A stretch of 64,000 nucleotides of DNA from contig CM022677.1 in the NCBI GenBank assembly GCA_012295275.1, positions 8,184,001 to 8,248,000 of the forward strand, read 5' to 3'. This document shows positions 25,292 through 37,900 of the stretch, piece after piece. Source of the DNA: Chrysomallon squamiferum (lineage: Eukaryota; Animalia; Mollusca). The notes below the pieces were generated by a model that saw only the letters and a program-made list of their open reading frames with translations, was not told where the DNA came from and did not search any database. A program made the translations under genes and the position numbers. Every line of letters starts with the position of its first letter. Within the stretch, counting starts at the first letter, position 1.

Positions 25292-26639
25292 CTCAAAAGG
25301 GAGATCACATGTCAGTTCTGAGTTCTGTTTCTGAATGTCTCAAAACCTTTAAAGAAATTCTTCAGACAGAGATGGATGATATGATTGAGCAACTTCGCCA
25401 AGCCGTCGACATCAACGTCGTGGACACCACAGAAGAGGTCAGAATGATTGGTAACACACTAATCACAGATTTTACTGCCGCAGTCCACAAAGAACAAGAA
25501 AGGTTAATAAGAGAAATAGAAAAATCTCAGAACTTTGTAAACTCAGAAATAGACAAATTATTCAATGAACACAAACATCTGATTGAGGAAAACGAAAAAT
25601 GATAAAATTGGGGGAAGATTTGCTGAAAAGAAAATCAGAGTCAGATGTAAAAATTAATATTTCAAAATTCACCAAACTTCAAAACACAACTTCTGAGTTT
25701 CTGTCCAAATCTCGTTCCCAAATAGAAAAAGCAAAGTTTAAAATAAATCTGATAAAATCTGATAAAAAGGCAGAAATGTCAGTCCACATTGGAGAAATAT
25801 CCACAAACATCCAAACAGACACACAAATAAACAGGCAGACAGACACACTCAAACACAGAGACACCATTAACACAAACACACAAGACGATGCATACAATAC
25901 TTTTCCGTTTTCCCTGCTGGTGACAGGTGCAGGCAAAAGTAAAATTGTTGTTAGTGATTATAACAATTACTGTGTCAAATGTTTTTGTTTAGAAAGAAAA
26001 TCACTGATAAAAAGATACAAAACTTCCTCTCAAACATGCGGTCTTGCTGAATCACGTGATCAGCGGGGTGATGTTGTTGTTGTTGTTGCTCTGCCATTTG
26101 AAAGTAAAATATTGTTTTTAAATTTGAAAAACTTCAAACTGGTAAAAACAGTTAACACTGTTAAAGGGTATTGGTATCTCGCTGTGTTACCTGGCAACCA
26201 TCTCGCGGTCACTGATTACTTTAGTCAGTGCTTGGACATACTGACAGCCAGTGGTCAGCTCATTAATTCTATCTCAACAGATTTGATCCCCAGACCGTCG
26301 TGTCTCACAGTTCACGATCAATGTCTGATTGTTGTGTCAAATCTAAACAGTGTAGTTTGTGTGACGTCATCAAGTGACGTCAAATGGGAGTCACGTGATT
26401 CAGACAAACTGAGAGGCTTGGCAGGTGTTACATGTGACAGGGAGGGAAATATTTTTGTTTGTAGTGACGATAGAAATTGTGTTGTTCAGTTGTCACGAGA
26501 TGGTAACATTACACGTGACATCCTCACTGACCAGGATGGACTGTCCGAACCTTGGTCTGTCTGTTGTGAAGACAACAAATTGTACGTGGGAGAGAGCTAC
26601 ACTGGGCAAATAAAAATATTTACATGGTGTAAAAAGTAA
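25292..26639 (+). CDS. TRIM-like E3 ligase, coding exon 2 (coiled coil + NHL-like beta-propeller), interrupted by a 1-nt frameshift at ~25595-25599
   Basis: Acceptor ttcag|CT at 25292 is phase-compatible with the RING exon and in frame with ORF 25309-25602 (heptad-like). ORF 25599-26639 has NHL-like blades (IVVSDYNNYCVK, LAVTDYFSQCLDIL, GVTCDREGNIFVC, GLSEPWSVCCEDNKLYVGE). AATAAA at 26726. Confidence 0.88.
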
Positions 26640-26962
26640 ACTTCAACCTGTCTGCTAAGTTAATTTCACTTTAACTGTTTTCAAGTTGAAATCCACAGAC
26701 ATTTGTTTCTTTACATGAATTGATAAATAAACAGAAAATTAGTTATATGATTTATTTACTTATTAATTCAGTTAATTAAGTAATTAATTTAGTTGCTTTC
26801 TTTAAATTTCATCTTTTTTATTAAATATAATAATTAATTATTAATTCATTATTTTTTTAAATTATGATTACTATTCTTAAAGTTTCGTTTAGAAATACTA
26901 AATTGCAAGATAAATTTCAAAAGAAAATGTGATTTACTTTTAACTTATTGTCATCCAGTTTT

Positions 26963-27076
<114 letters not shown>

Positions 27077-27123
27077 CAAGCTTTCATAGTGTCCACATCC
27101 AATGTTAAAAACTATTACTGCTA

Positions 27124-27820
27124 TTTCTATTAATGACGCCGTCGTAGCTGTCGTAGCGGCGTTGTTCCTAGGTTTTTTTTTATTTCTCATTAGTCTTTAG
27201 CGCTTTTTATTAATTATTCCTCATACGTTCTGCATATTATTGTAATTTCTATTAATGTCGCCGTCGTTGCCTCTAACGTTGTTGTTCTCCTCATTATTTG
27301 TTTTCGTTTTTTATTCGCTGTTATTATTTTCTGGCCGTCGTGTACTTCCCATTATTTTTTTACTGTTTTTATTAGCTATTATTCTTACGATATTATTGTG
27401 CACGTCCTATATTAAGATATATTAATAGTATTTTCTATTAATGTCGCCGTCGTAACGCCGTTGTTCCTGACGTTATTCAAGTACCTGTCATTATTATTTT
27501 ACAAGTTATAAAATCTGTTATTTTTACCATCCTATACTGGAATATATTGTTACTATTTGCCGTCGTAATGGCGTTGTTCTTAACGTTCTCGATGTAGTTT
27601 TCATTATTCTTTTACGCTTTTTATTCGCTGTTATTCTTACTTTCTGACCATACGAATCCTGTATTAAAATATTATTATTGTATCTATTAATGTCGCCGTC
27701 GTTGCCGTCGTAAGGGTTTTGTCTTAACTTCTTAGTGTCCGCATCCCATTAAAATGTATTATTAGTTTTTATTAATATCGCCGTTGTTGTCGTCATAACG
27801 GTGTTGTTTCTAACGTTATT
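27124..27820. repeat. Degenerate tandem array of ~6 units with CpG-rich core ttaatgtcgccgtcgttgccgtcgtaacggcgttgttc; inverted copies at ~14200-14385
   Basis: Cores start near 27124, 27246, 27431, 27557, 27681 and 27766. The reverse complement acgacggcaacgacggcg(g/a)catta occurs near 14208 and 14357. Confidence 0.8.
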
Positions 27821-29576
27821 ACTTACTTAGTTATTAATTTAATTATTTATTTCTTTTTTCATGTTTAGAGGAAAATAATGCAATATTCCTATTGCAACCA
27901 ATCTTACTGGTCTTATAGAAGTGTTATTATTTACTTCTCTATTTGTTAAACATAGAACATAATTCTTATAGATAGGTATATACTATTCCAATCTATTAAT
28001 AAATATTATGTTCTGCTTCTAGGACTAATGTTAAATTACTGCTTCAAAAATGTTTTATTTCTATATTTAAAAATCTATCTGAAAAATGAAAGAAGCATCA
28101 AATTCCACTAGTGTTCATTAAAATAGTTAGTCTTTTCAAACAAATCACAAAAACATAATTAAAAATATGGAGAAATATTTCTATGCACAGTGACAACAAT
28201 GACAGACTTTCACTGGAATTGTCTCATCTATGAGAAAGGTTTTTATTTTTACTATATGAATCAAATAAAAATGTCAACATGAAAACATTAATGAAATATA
28301 CATATTTATATAATGTGTTAATTCTTTGAGTGTTTGAATGAAAGTAAAATATCTCATTCATCTGAATCTCTCATTCACTTAGCTGTCTTTATAACTTGTC
28401 TCTGTCTCATTTGTATCTCTAACTTGTCTCAGTCTAATTCAGTTGTCTCTGCCTCATTCACTTGTTTCTATCTATCTCTATTTATAATTATTTTATTTAT
28501 TTGTTGTATTTACTGTTTATTATTAATTATTATTTAAGTTTTGTTTTTGTTTTTGCTTTTGGTTGGATATAGTTAGAAATTAAAGTGAAAAACAGAGCTA
28601 GAAGTGACATCACTGTATTTCAAACTCAATGCGCAGCCAAGTTAACTAAATTTTCAGCATAATCAAAACAGTCTTAAATTCCACCACAACGTTAGACAAA
28701 TTTGGACTGTTGACATCTATAGTTTGTTAATCAAATGGTTGTTAGAATGAGCAAAAATAAATATCAGATTTGTGGTTATTAGTAACTTAATTTTCACTAC
28801 TAACAGATTTTGTAAAAAATATTTGATTATTGTTACTTCACTTAATATTTTATGAAGAGAGAATAAAAAGTACAACTCACACCAGCTATTTCTAGAGAGA
28901 ATTCATTTAAATTATGTAAAATAAAGTATTATTTTTATTTTATTATAATTATTATCTTCTTTAATTATTATTATTATTATGATTATTATTATTATTATTA
29001 TTATTATATTCCTATTGTTATTTCCATTCTAGTTATTATTGTTATTATTATTACTATTGTTATTATTGTTATTACTATTATTACTATTATTATTGTTGTT
29101 CTTGTTATTATTATTATCATTGTATTATTATTATTATTATTATAATTAATTCTGCCTGTCATTATTCACTGGGTTTCTTCACTTGGAAATAAAACTAAAC
29201 AACTTTCTTAGCTGAAATAGATGAGATTTTTTACTGCATACAAAGTAACATTAAACATGATAATGCCCATTTAACAATTTGTAAACTTTACCATCATGAT
29301 CATGTCTGTTTTTTATAAAGTAACTATTCACACCAGCCCACAAAAACATTTACATATTATTTCAGATTCAGTATGTGCCTTTACAATGTCTTTGTGTACG
29401 TTTCTACCAAATGCCAAATGGGAAATTTAATTAAATTTAAATACATTATAGGCCACCAAATGAGAAATTTATATCATCTAAAATATATTTAAATAAATAT
29501 GTTGACACAATCTAATTTTAATGAATTTTTGTTTGAGACAGGAGCTGACAAAAGGGAAATTTACATATATTTAAAA

Positions 29577-29916
29577 CATCTCACTCTCCAGCAGAACACA
29601 CAACACTTCATCTGTCATCTGATCAGAGTAGTTAATAGCCAACTGCAGCGCTGTGTTGTTAGACTCATACTTCCCCATCAACACCGTCAACCTCTCTGAG
29701 TAGGACTTGCTCTCATTCAGTGTCAGGTTAGCCAAGTCATTCTGTGACTTGAGGTGGTCAATTTTGCTCTGAAGTCTTTCAAACTCAATTTCAAAGTCTT
29801 TAACTTTGGTTTCTCATCTCAGAACCACACTTGTACAAAGTCTGAACAATTTCCTGCATTTTAGAACAGCCCTGTAAACTCTGCACTAAATGTTCGACTA
29901 ATTTCATATTTGGAAG
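29577..29916 (-). pseudogene. MCC: MCC (colorectal mutant cancer protein)-like pseudo-exon 4, frameshifted and truncated
   Basis: Acceptor ttcag. It reads LPNMKLVEHLVQSLQGCSKMQEIVQTLYKCGSEM / (frameshift ~29814) ETKVKDFEIEFERLQSKIDHLKSQNDLANLTLNESKSYSERLTVLMGKYESNNTALQLAINYSDQM / (shift) LCVLLESEM. This closely resembles the conserved MCC block HLKSQNDL...GKYESN.TAL.LA as I recall it. Confidence 0.88.
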
Positions 29917-30487
29917 CTGAAGTAGAAAAAATAAGCAAAGTTTAAATTCAGTTAAAATCATATCGGATGTCATGAAAAATAATATATCAATGACTTATTC
30001 TGTGTTATTTTCTTAAAAATCTATTTATTTTAGTTGATTTGAAACAGTATTACCTTAAAGCCAGAAATATAAGGTTAAAAATAATGAATAATAATTATGT
30101 ATTATTGTTAAAACTGTATTTATTTGTGTTATTTGATTTGAAATGACTGTAGTTGGAAAACATTTGTAAATTTAAGAATCCATTAAATTCATACTTGAAA
30201 TATTGAAAAATATGTCAGTGAATCATTTTCTGTCAATTTCTTTTTTGTTGTGAGGTGATATGATTTGAAATTACCACCATAAAAAAACAAAACAAAAAGA
30301 AAAAAAGACTTTAATGAATTAAAACATCATACTGGAAATTATGAAAAACATGTCTATAAGTTATACAGTATCACTGCAAACTTTTAATTTTGTTTTTCAC
30401 ATTTATTCAGTCAGATAACAATATACTGTCAGTATATTCCAATTTAAGTTTTAAATGTGTTAAGCATAAGATATAAATTTGCTAAAA

Positions 30488-30537
<50 letters not shown>

Positions 30538-30702
30538 AAGAACCAAAAAAAAGGATAAATGATTTGACAAATGAATTAGAACAGATTAAAATGATGTTAA
30601 ATATAAAATTATCTGATTTGATTCTTTTCTCTTTGTTTTATTGGGATAAAAACACCAATGTGAACACAGACATATAAAGGAAGAAAGCAAAATGAGATTT
30701 AC

Positions 30703-30814
30703 CCCAAGGGAGGTAATTTCAGCACCAAGAATCTGTCTGTCTCCAGCACATATTTTTAATTTCTTCAGTTCTGCTATTTTAGCTACAGGAAACTGATCAC
30801 TGCCTTCAGTGGTC
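30703..30814 (-). pseudogene. MCC: MCC-like pseudo-exon 3
   Basis: cacag|G...GGG|gtaaat. It reads TTEGSDQFPVAKIAELKKLKICAGDRQILGAEITSLG, resembling MCC P.AKIAE...DR..LG.EISS.G. Phases fit the neighbouring exons. Confidence 0.8.
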
Positions 30815-31130
30815 CTGTGAATTAAATAAATAAATAAATAAATACTAATATTTACATAACTTAAATAATGCTACACTGTCAAATACTTTTAATAAGTAAA
30901 TAAGCAGCAAATCATATGACATACAATAAAAAGAAATATACAAAGTAAAAATAATAATAATAATAATAATACACAAGTTTTTCACATATATATATATATC
31001 CATTTTCAATTCCTTATTTCCTGAATTTGTATATTCTCAAAGTTCCATATATAAAAATAAACACAACATACAAATGTGTCTATCTCCATTGATTCCTTTA
31101 TAGCGATGAATAACAAATGTTTGTTTATAC

Positions 31131-31234
31131 CTCTCTCCTGTATTCACTTGTGACTTTGTTGGTGTTGATGTTCGACTGTTCATGGGACTAGAAGACAAAT
31201 CTGTCAGAGGTAACTTATCCTGTAACTCTTTCAA
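31131..31234 (-). pseudogene. MCC: MCC-like pseudo-exon 2
   Basis: ttacag|TTG...GAG AG|gtataa. It reads LKELQDKLPLTDLSSSPMNSRTSTPTKSQVNTGER; phase 0 to phase 2 is consistent with the flanking exons. Confidence 0.72.
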
Positions 31235-31531
31235 CTGTAACGAAAATGTAACAATTTATTCTCTCTTTAAATGTAACAGTTTATTCTGTAACTCTTTAAA
31301 CTATAACATAATTGTAACAGTTTATCCTCTATCTCTTTCAACTGCTATAAAAATGCAAGTTTCAATTGTAACAAAAATGTAACAATTTATCCTGTAACTC
31401 TTAAAAATGTAACAAAAGCCATATTATATAACTGAAGGAAAATGGAGTCTTAATAATTAAGATTACTTATGTTTTGTGTTTTAATTCTATCTACAAATAA
31501 AAATGTAAATATAATCATTATGCAGAGTTAC

Positions 31532-31823
31532 CTTTCTTTTCAACTTCTCCCTCTCATCATTGACATATTCAATATGGCTACATAGCTGTGTAAGTTCTAT
31601 TTCCTGTCTGCCTGTCTGTTCTTGTAGAGCATTGTTTTCTACTCGCAGTGAGTTCACCTCCTCCTGCAGATACTTTGAGCATTGTGATTTTCAGCATCTT
31701 ATTTGAGATGTTGAACGACGTTGCGATCATCAGACACATTGTGGAGGGGAAAGTCTTTTCTTTCTGCAATGGCTGACTCCAGTTCTGTGACAACTCAGGA
31801 AAATTCTGTGTTTATTTCATTAC
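31532..31823 (-). pseudogene. MCC: MCC-like pseudo-exon 1 (coiled coil) with two stops and a frameshift
   Basis: aatag|GT...AAG|gtaact. In-frame TGA (31795-31797) and TAA (31699-31701), a shift near 31670, then LQEEVNSLRVENNALQEQTGRQEIELTQLCSHIEYVNDEREKLKRK. Confidence 0.72.
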
Positions 31824-32379
31824 CTATTTCTAAAAAAAAAATATATATATATTTTTAAATTAATGTATAATTATTCTCAATTATAATTTGGGTATATACA
31901 GTTATTTTGTACTTTTTTTTAATTCATTCTGACAGTAAGTAAATGAGTAATGTTTCATTATAAGTTTAAATTGTATTAAAATCAATGAAGAACAGTAAAC
32001 TCATGATATTTTACAATTGAAAAATAACAAACCTGTACTGTTTCATTTATGTGACTGAATTGCATTAAAAAAACAGCGAAGAACAGCAAACACACTGTAA
32101 ACTGAATAAAGACAAACTTGTAATATTTCTTTATGTTTCAAGCTACACTGTACTGTTTCATTATGTTTCCAGCTACACTGTACTGTTTCATGACATGTTT
32201 AAATTGCATTAAAAACAGTCAAGAACAGCAAACTCATATTATATATTATTTCACATCTGTCTAAAACTACTGACCTGGTATTAATCTGCTGTTATTATGA
32301 ATTCCACATGTAATTTTGTCTCAATCAACAAACACATCCACACACAGACATAAACAGGGAGGGGGGAATCAATCTACTG

Positions 32380-32950
32380 GACCATACTTACCTTTAACAA
32401 CAAATCTACCATGACAACAATTAATACTGACAGCTACATCTACCAACAGACAGAAATGAGTCACAGTTACCTGAGTGTGACCTCTGACAGACCTGCAGAC
32501 ACACAACAAAATGTACACAGTAATAAAACTCAAGTCATTAGCATGCAGCTACTGCAGTGTCCATCACCACAGAAACTCCAGCCAGTTCTCATACCTCACA
32601 AAACATGCAAACTTTCAGCAACCACATGAAACACAATCAAAACAGCACTTCACTTATCAACATGCTAGACTCAGCTGCCACTAAACACAAAACCTAAAAC
32701 CAAAAACTGCACTAACAAAATATCCACTGCATAAAAACAAAAAAAAAAAAAGAAAACAGCAAAATAAAACTAAAAATAGATAACCATTTAATAACAAAGA
32801 AAATCATTCAAATATTGGTACTCACATTCAACAGCCAACTTCAGACGCCACATACAGAAGATAATCACATCTTGTAAAATCTTTTACACTGCCTGACAGT
32901 CTCATGTTAGAATAAAACATACAAACACTTGAAATACAGACAAAAACCTA
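32380..32950 (+). mobile_element. Possible heavily decayed LINE (RNase H region) fragment
   Basis: Strong A/C strand bias like the LINE at 1-600, with faint IYQ..E and IP.H-like remnants. No intact motif. Confidence 0.3.
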
Positions 32951-33614
32951 CACATACTAAAATACTGTGTAAAAATCCACTCTCAGTAATAAACATCTCA
33001 TGAAGGATCTAGGCCCTGATCAACCCTTTAAAACTCACCTTTCACATAAATTTTTTTTACATAACAGTCAGCCATATTGAAATGGAGACTGGTGTGGGTG
33101 AATGTTGCAATCAGCAAATAGTAAAGAAATAAAATCAACATTAGTTACACCTTTCATCTTGAAAACCCAAAATCATATTAGTAACAAACTAAATAAAAAG
33201 CTTACCAAACTCAGAATCAACTATCAAATCTAAAATCAAACACAAAATAAACACAACACTAAACTGTAGTTGTGGAATTTCTGAAACCATGAAACATTAC
33301 TTATTTCTCTGTCCACATTTTTCCAGTGGCCACCTAATGCTACATGACACATTCAATAAATTAAACATTTAATTTACATTTTAAAAAATCTTGATAGCAA
33401 CGGTGAAAAACTGAGAGCCAAACTTTAATTCAAACAAACAAATAGACACAAATGTTTTACTAAATAAATTCAAAAACATAACATAAAATAGCAGAGACAT
33501 ATAGGTTAAAACAAATAAATAAATATCATACCCAGTAAGTAACAAAAAAAAAAGCAAATACACCAACACAAAACAAATAAATAAATTATTTAATTAACAG
33601 ATCAACTGACTCAC

Positions 33615-34177
33615 CAGCTGATAGATTTGCTGACACACAGTTTCAGAAGATTTTTAAAAATTCCACATTTTCTTGGCACAAGAAAGTAAACTGGCTCTGG
33701 CTGGTTTGGGCTGTTTGGAATGTGAACTTTCTGTACTGACAAGTGAAACTGAAGAAGACAATTAGCTTTTTCTTAAAAATAAAAATTAAAACAAAATTTA
33801 AAATAACAAACAAAAACATACTGCAATATAAAATCAATTAATCTAAGAATTAATACAATATCCTTAAAATTATATTTACTCCTTTAAATATGTTTCAGAA
33901 CAGATTCCAGTAAATATCACTTAATCTGTTAGAAAAATTACTCATTATTCAAATGAATTCTTACCCTGTGCAGTAGCAGTCTGTTGATACTCCCTCCAAA
34001 GTGAAGATTTAGTCTCACATGCAGACAGTGTTTTCAAATTACTCCCTTTGAATCCTGCGACTGACTCAGACAAAATTAGTCAAAATCTTGAGTAAAATGC
34101 TGCAGAAATTGAACTATCCTTTTCTCTCTCGGAGTTACCATTCAGTCTGCAGTGCTGTGAATTTGTTCTGACTAATG
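33615..34177 (-). mobile_element. Decayed intron-containing DNA-transposase exons (Sola-like), 33965-34177 and 33615-33748
   Basis: Both pieces have canonical cag|...|gtaaga and ttcag|...|gtgagt ends. With frameshifts they read VQFLQHFTQDF.LILSESVAGFKGSNLKTLSACETKSSLWREYQQ and QYRKF...KPA...FLCQEN...SANLS. This resembles my recollection of the LPGR.PG.K....LLPS.ETK..VW..Y / Y.KF..KP.TDLC..CQ.N family. Confidence 0.55.
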
Positions 34178-34940
34178 CTGTAAAAAGCAATAAAAGACAT
34201 AAGCAGACCAAATGTCCTCTAGAGAAATTACAAATTAAATGCTTGCTTAAATAGGAAAAATACACACAAACACATTCACACACATCCACATGAGTGCTTT
34301 GAAGAACTCCCAGAAATACAAATGAAGGAAAAAAAAAAAAAAAAAATCAAATTAATAAAAAATAATTTTCCTATTCAAAAAAATCATTTTAAAAATGAAT
34401 GAGTCTTGTTTATCTAGAAAAAATATATTACAACTGATTTAACACTTAAATTTTTTTTTATTTCCATAGTTAATTCTGTCACAGTCTCTAATAAATAATA
34501 ATATTCTAGAAGAACTTACTTTTTTCTTCTTCTTCTTATGAATATCTATTACCGACATTTTCAACTTGAGAAAAAAATGTCATACTGTCTTTCAAGCCGA
34601 TCATTATGCTCGTTATGTCATTAAGCACAAGGCTCGAAATTTAAAAAGAAACAAATCAGTATGGTTTAGTCGCCTAAAAAGTATTTTTTGGATCATCTCT
34701 TTTTTTCTATAAGTTACAACATAAGAGCCACTATTAATAATTTTACAGCAAATATTTATTTCACATAAAAGGTTTGTTCATTAATTCGATCATTTAAAAC
34801 TATCGGCTTACCTTAATTAGTCAACATCTAAACTGAAATTCGAAAATTCTTTATTAATTAAAATCGCCACAAACATTTAGTCCTGGTTATATAAATCAGC
34901 TGGTAATACATTTTCAAACAAACCTTGACAAAAATGGAAT

Positions 34941-34990
<50 letters not shown>

Positions 34991-37900
34991 TTATAGTATT
35001 ATACGCTTGGATTTTTCAAAAGAAATAAAAATTAAAGCAAAGCAACGTGAAATGACAGTGAGTAAAGTTTAGCGTGTGAAAACGAAAAACAATAGCAAAT
35101 ACAAGATTATAGAGTTATCTTCCATGATAACTTGTTCCGTTAACCAACCGATAATTATTAACGTAACGCTCTAAAAGTTTGCTAAATTTGTTCGTTGGCT
35201 TCACTTTAGCCATTTAAAGGTGGAATTTGTTAGGAAAAAAATAGCAATTAGTTTCAGAGTTATATCCTATGATAATTTGTTCCGTTAATCAACCGATAAT
35301 CCTTTAACGTACTGTTTATAAATTGATGTTAGCAAATTATGTAAGCCGATACGTCCAACATATGGAACTATGGGAAATTGTTTTATGTGAAATAAATATT
35401 TCGATAAAATGATTATAAAATTATTATCTTGTGTTATAACTTAAAATATCCTAAATATCTCCCCGATATGATAATCAGTTGTATTAACCATAAGTGAGAA
35501 TGTTGATCCAGATATCACTTCTCCCCTTCCATTTACTTGTGGTCCTTTTATTGAGACAGAGCGGGATTGAATATGACAGCTGATGCAGGAGTGATGCTGT
35601 ATTATTAATTTGTTTCTTCTTTATTTTTTTTATTTTTTTTTTATGTGTTATTATCTTTGCAAACAATAAATATTTTGAGCTGATATTATTCTATTGTAAA
35701 AATATAGTTTAAGCGCATTTTAGGTATTTTCTCAGAATAGAATGTTAAAAGTCGAGTTAGACAGACAGAGTAGTAATTTTACATCTCTATAATTAATTCT
35801 GAATAGAAGGTTTGGCTGGGATTTGATCTCTAAGCCTGTTAGTTCAATATTTGGATGACATCACTCACTGTTAAAATATATATTTGTTTGCGTTACTATT
35901 GCAGAATAATTAATGAATGATTGTAATAAGTGAGGAAATGTATGAATTTAAAATATGAGGCAAAAGCCGGAATGTTACTGGGTCTTTTTTTAATTTTTCT
36001 TTTTGTCCTCATGTTTCTGTTTCACTTATACATGTTTTTTCTCTTTGATCATCTTCCTCCTCCATTTGTGTTTTTTCTTTTTTTTTTTTTTTTTTTTTTC
36101 CCATCAGTTTATTTTTCCTAGGATTATTAGTATTAATATTAATATTATTATTATTATTATTATTGTTGTTGTTGTTGTTGTTTTTGTTATGATTATTATT
36201 GTTGTTTTTATTGTTATTGCCATTATTATCGCCATTATTATCATTTACTATTATTGTTATTTTTAAAAATAAATATAATTTTTTCCGTTTCTGATGTTGC
36301 CTTGTTTCTCATTATTAATACATTTTTAAGATAAATTTGAATGAACTGTTACGAATGCAATAAACATATCTACCAAAAACTTTGAACACATTCCTGTAAT
36401 AGTAATCTAAATGTTCCAATGAAGAAATGTGTGAATGTTGTTTATAATTTTCATTACACTTTATTAGTCTTGAACTCAGTAGTCTCAGAAAAACATGCTG
36501 AGTTGGTTAAACAAGTGCACACTTCAGCATCAAACCTGTCTCTGAAAATCTATCTTTTTTCACAGAACATGATTATTGTAAACACTCGTGTGAAAACAAC
36601 TGTGATTTCTTCAAGTGAGGATAATGTAAATTCTCTTAACCCACTTGATCGCTGACTGTAAATCATAAAACAAAAGACCTGAATTGATGTAAGGAACATG
36701 TTTTTATTAGTCTGCGTACATTTCAATAAAAATATTCAGGCATTTTATTTATACGTTCATATTCACAAAATAAATTTACATAGTACAATTTTACATTTTT
36801 GCACACACACACACACACACACACAGAGACACACATAATCACATGCAGAAAATTATAATACATATTTCATGTCCTGAAGAGTTTACAAAATAGAATCTTT
36901 AATTAAAAGGTTAGTATGTGGCTACATAGTAGCAAATTTAACGTTTAAGACAAACATATTCAGATATAATCAACTATATTTTGATATAATTAAATATATT
37001 TTGATATACTTAAGTATATTTTGATATGATTAAATATATTTTAATATGTTTACTGAAAAATCATTAACTGTAGTCTTTAATATTCAGTTATTTTATTATT
37101 AATAATAAGAATATACAGAAACGCGTGAAGTTCTAGATGAATATTGTATTTAGTATTGTATTGATATTACTGAAAATTAACTGTGACTTTGTTTTATGAC
37201 CGCAGTAACATGACATTCCGCGACACAATTTACATCTCTCCCTACATGAAATTATATGATTAATCTAAAATACCATATAAATAATACAGACGTGATAAAA
37301 CTAGGGTTTTATTTTGTTATCGATTGGGTAACATTGTCAGTGTTAACACCGATGTACTTTAGTTAAATGTGGTTTTATAAAAGTTGACGATTTCTCATGT
37401 AATTATATTATAAATAAATCAATTTATTATTATTATTATCATTATTATCAACTTTTTACAAAAAAGAAGTATTTAGTTTTTATCTCTACAGAAACAGAAC
37501 ACTAATAATAAATCTGATTTCTCTGATAACTTTACGAGGCCTAATACAAAATTCGAAGTAATTTTTATATCCGCACTCAGAACAGTTCTAATGAAACTAA
37601 GAGAATAGCGTCAATCATATATAGGAATCTTCCGTTTTTACAGAAAAATAAAAACAAAATAAAAAATAAAAATATTAAGGTGTTATTATTGTTGTTGCTG
37701 TTGTTATTATTTAGCTGTTGACAAAGGCAGGACAAATATGGTGTCTGCTTCACTGACTCATTGATAATTACTGGTGGAGTGGTTATTTTAATATCTAATA
37801 ATAATAAGCTATAATAAGAAATGTAAAATATATTAAACAACTTGCGCTGATGTACACCTTGTAATGAAAAAAATAAACTTCGCATAATAAAATGACATGT

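Noticed and set aside
25679-25936. Antisense ORF within the TRIM exon (also the alternate-frame ORF 26425-26613)
   Set aside because: Shadow of the real coding frame, with no independent motif.
27124-27820. CRISPR-like repeat/spacer pattern
   Set aside because: Cores are degenerate, spacing is irregular and spacers are homologous to each other: a decayed tandem repeat.
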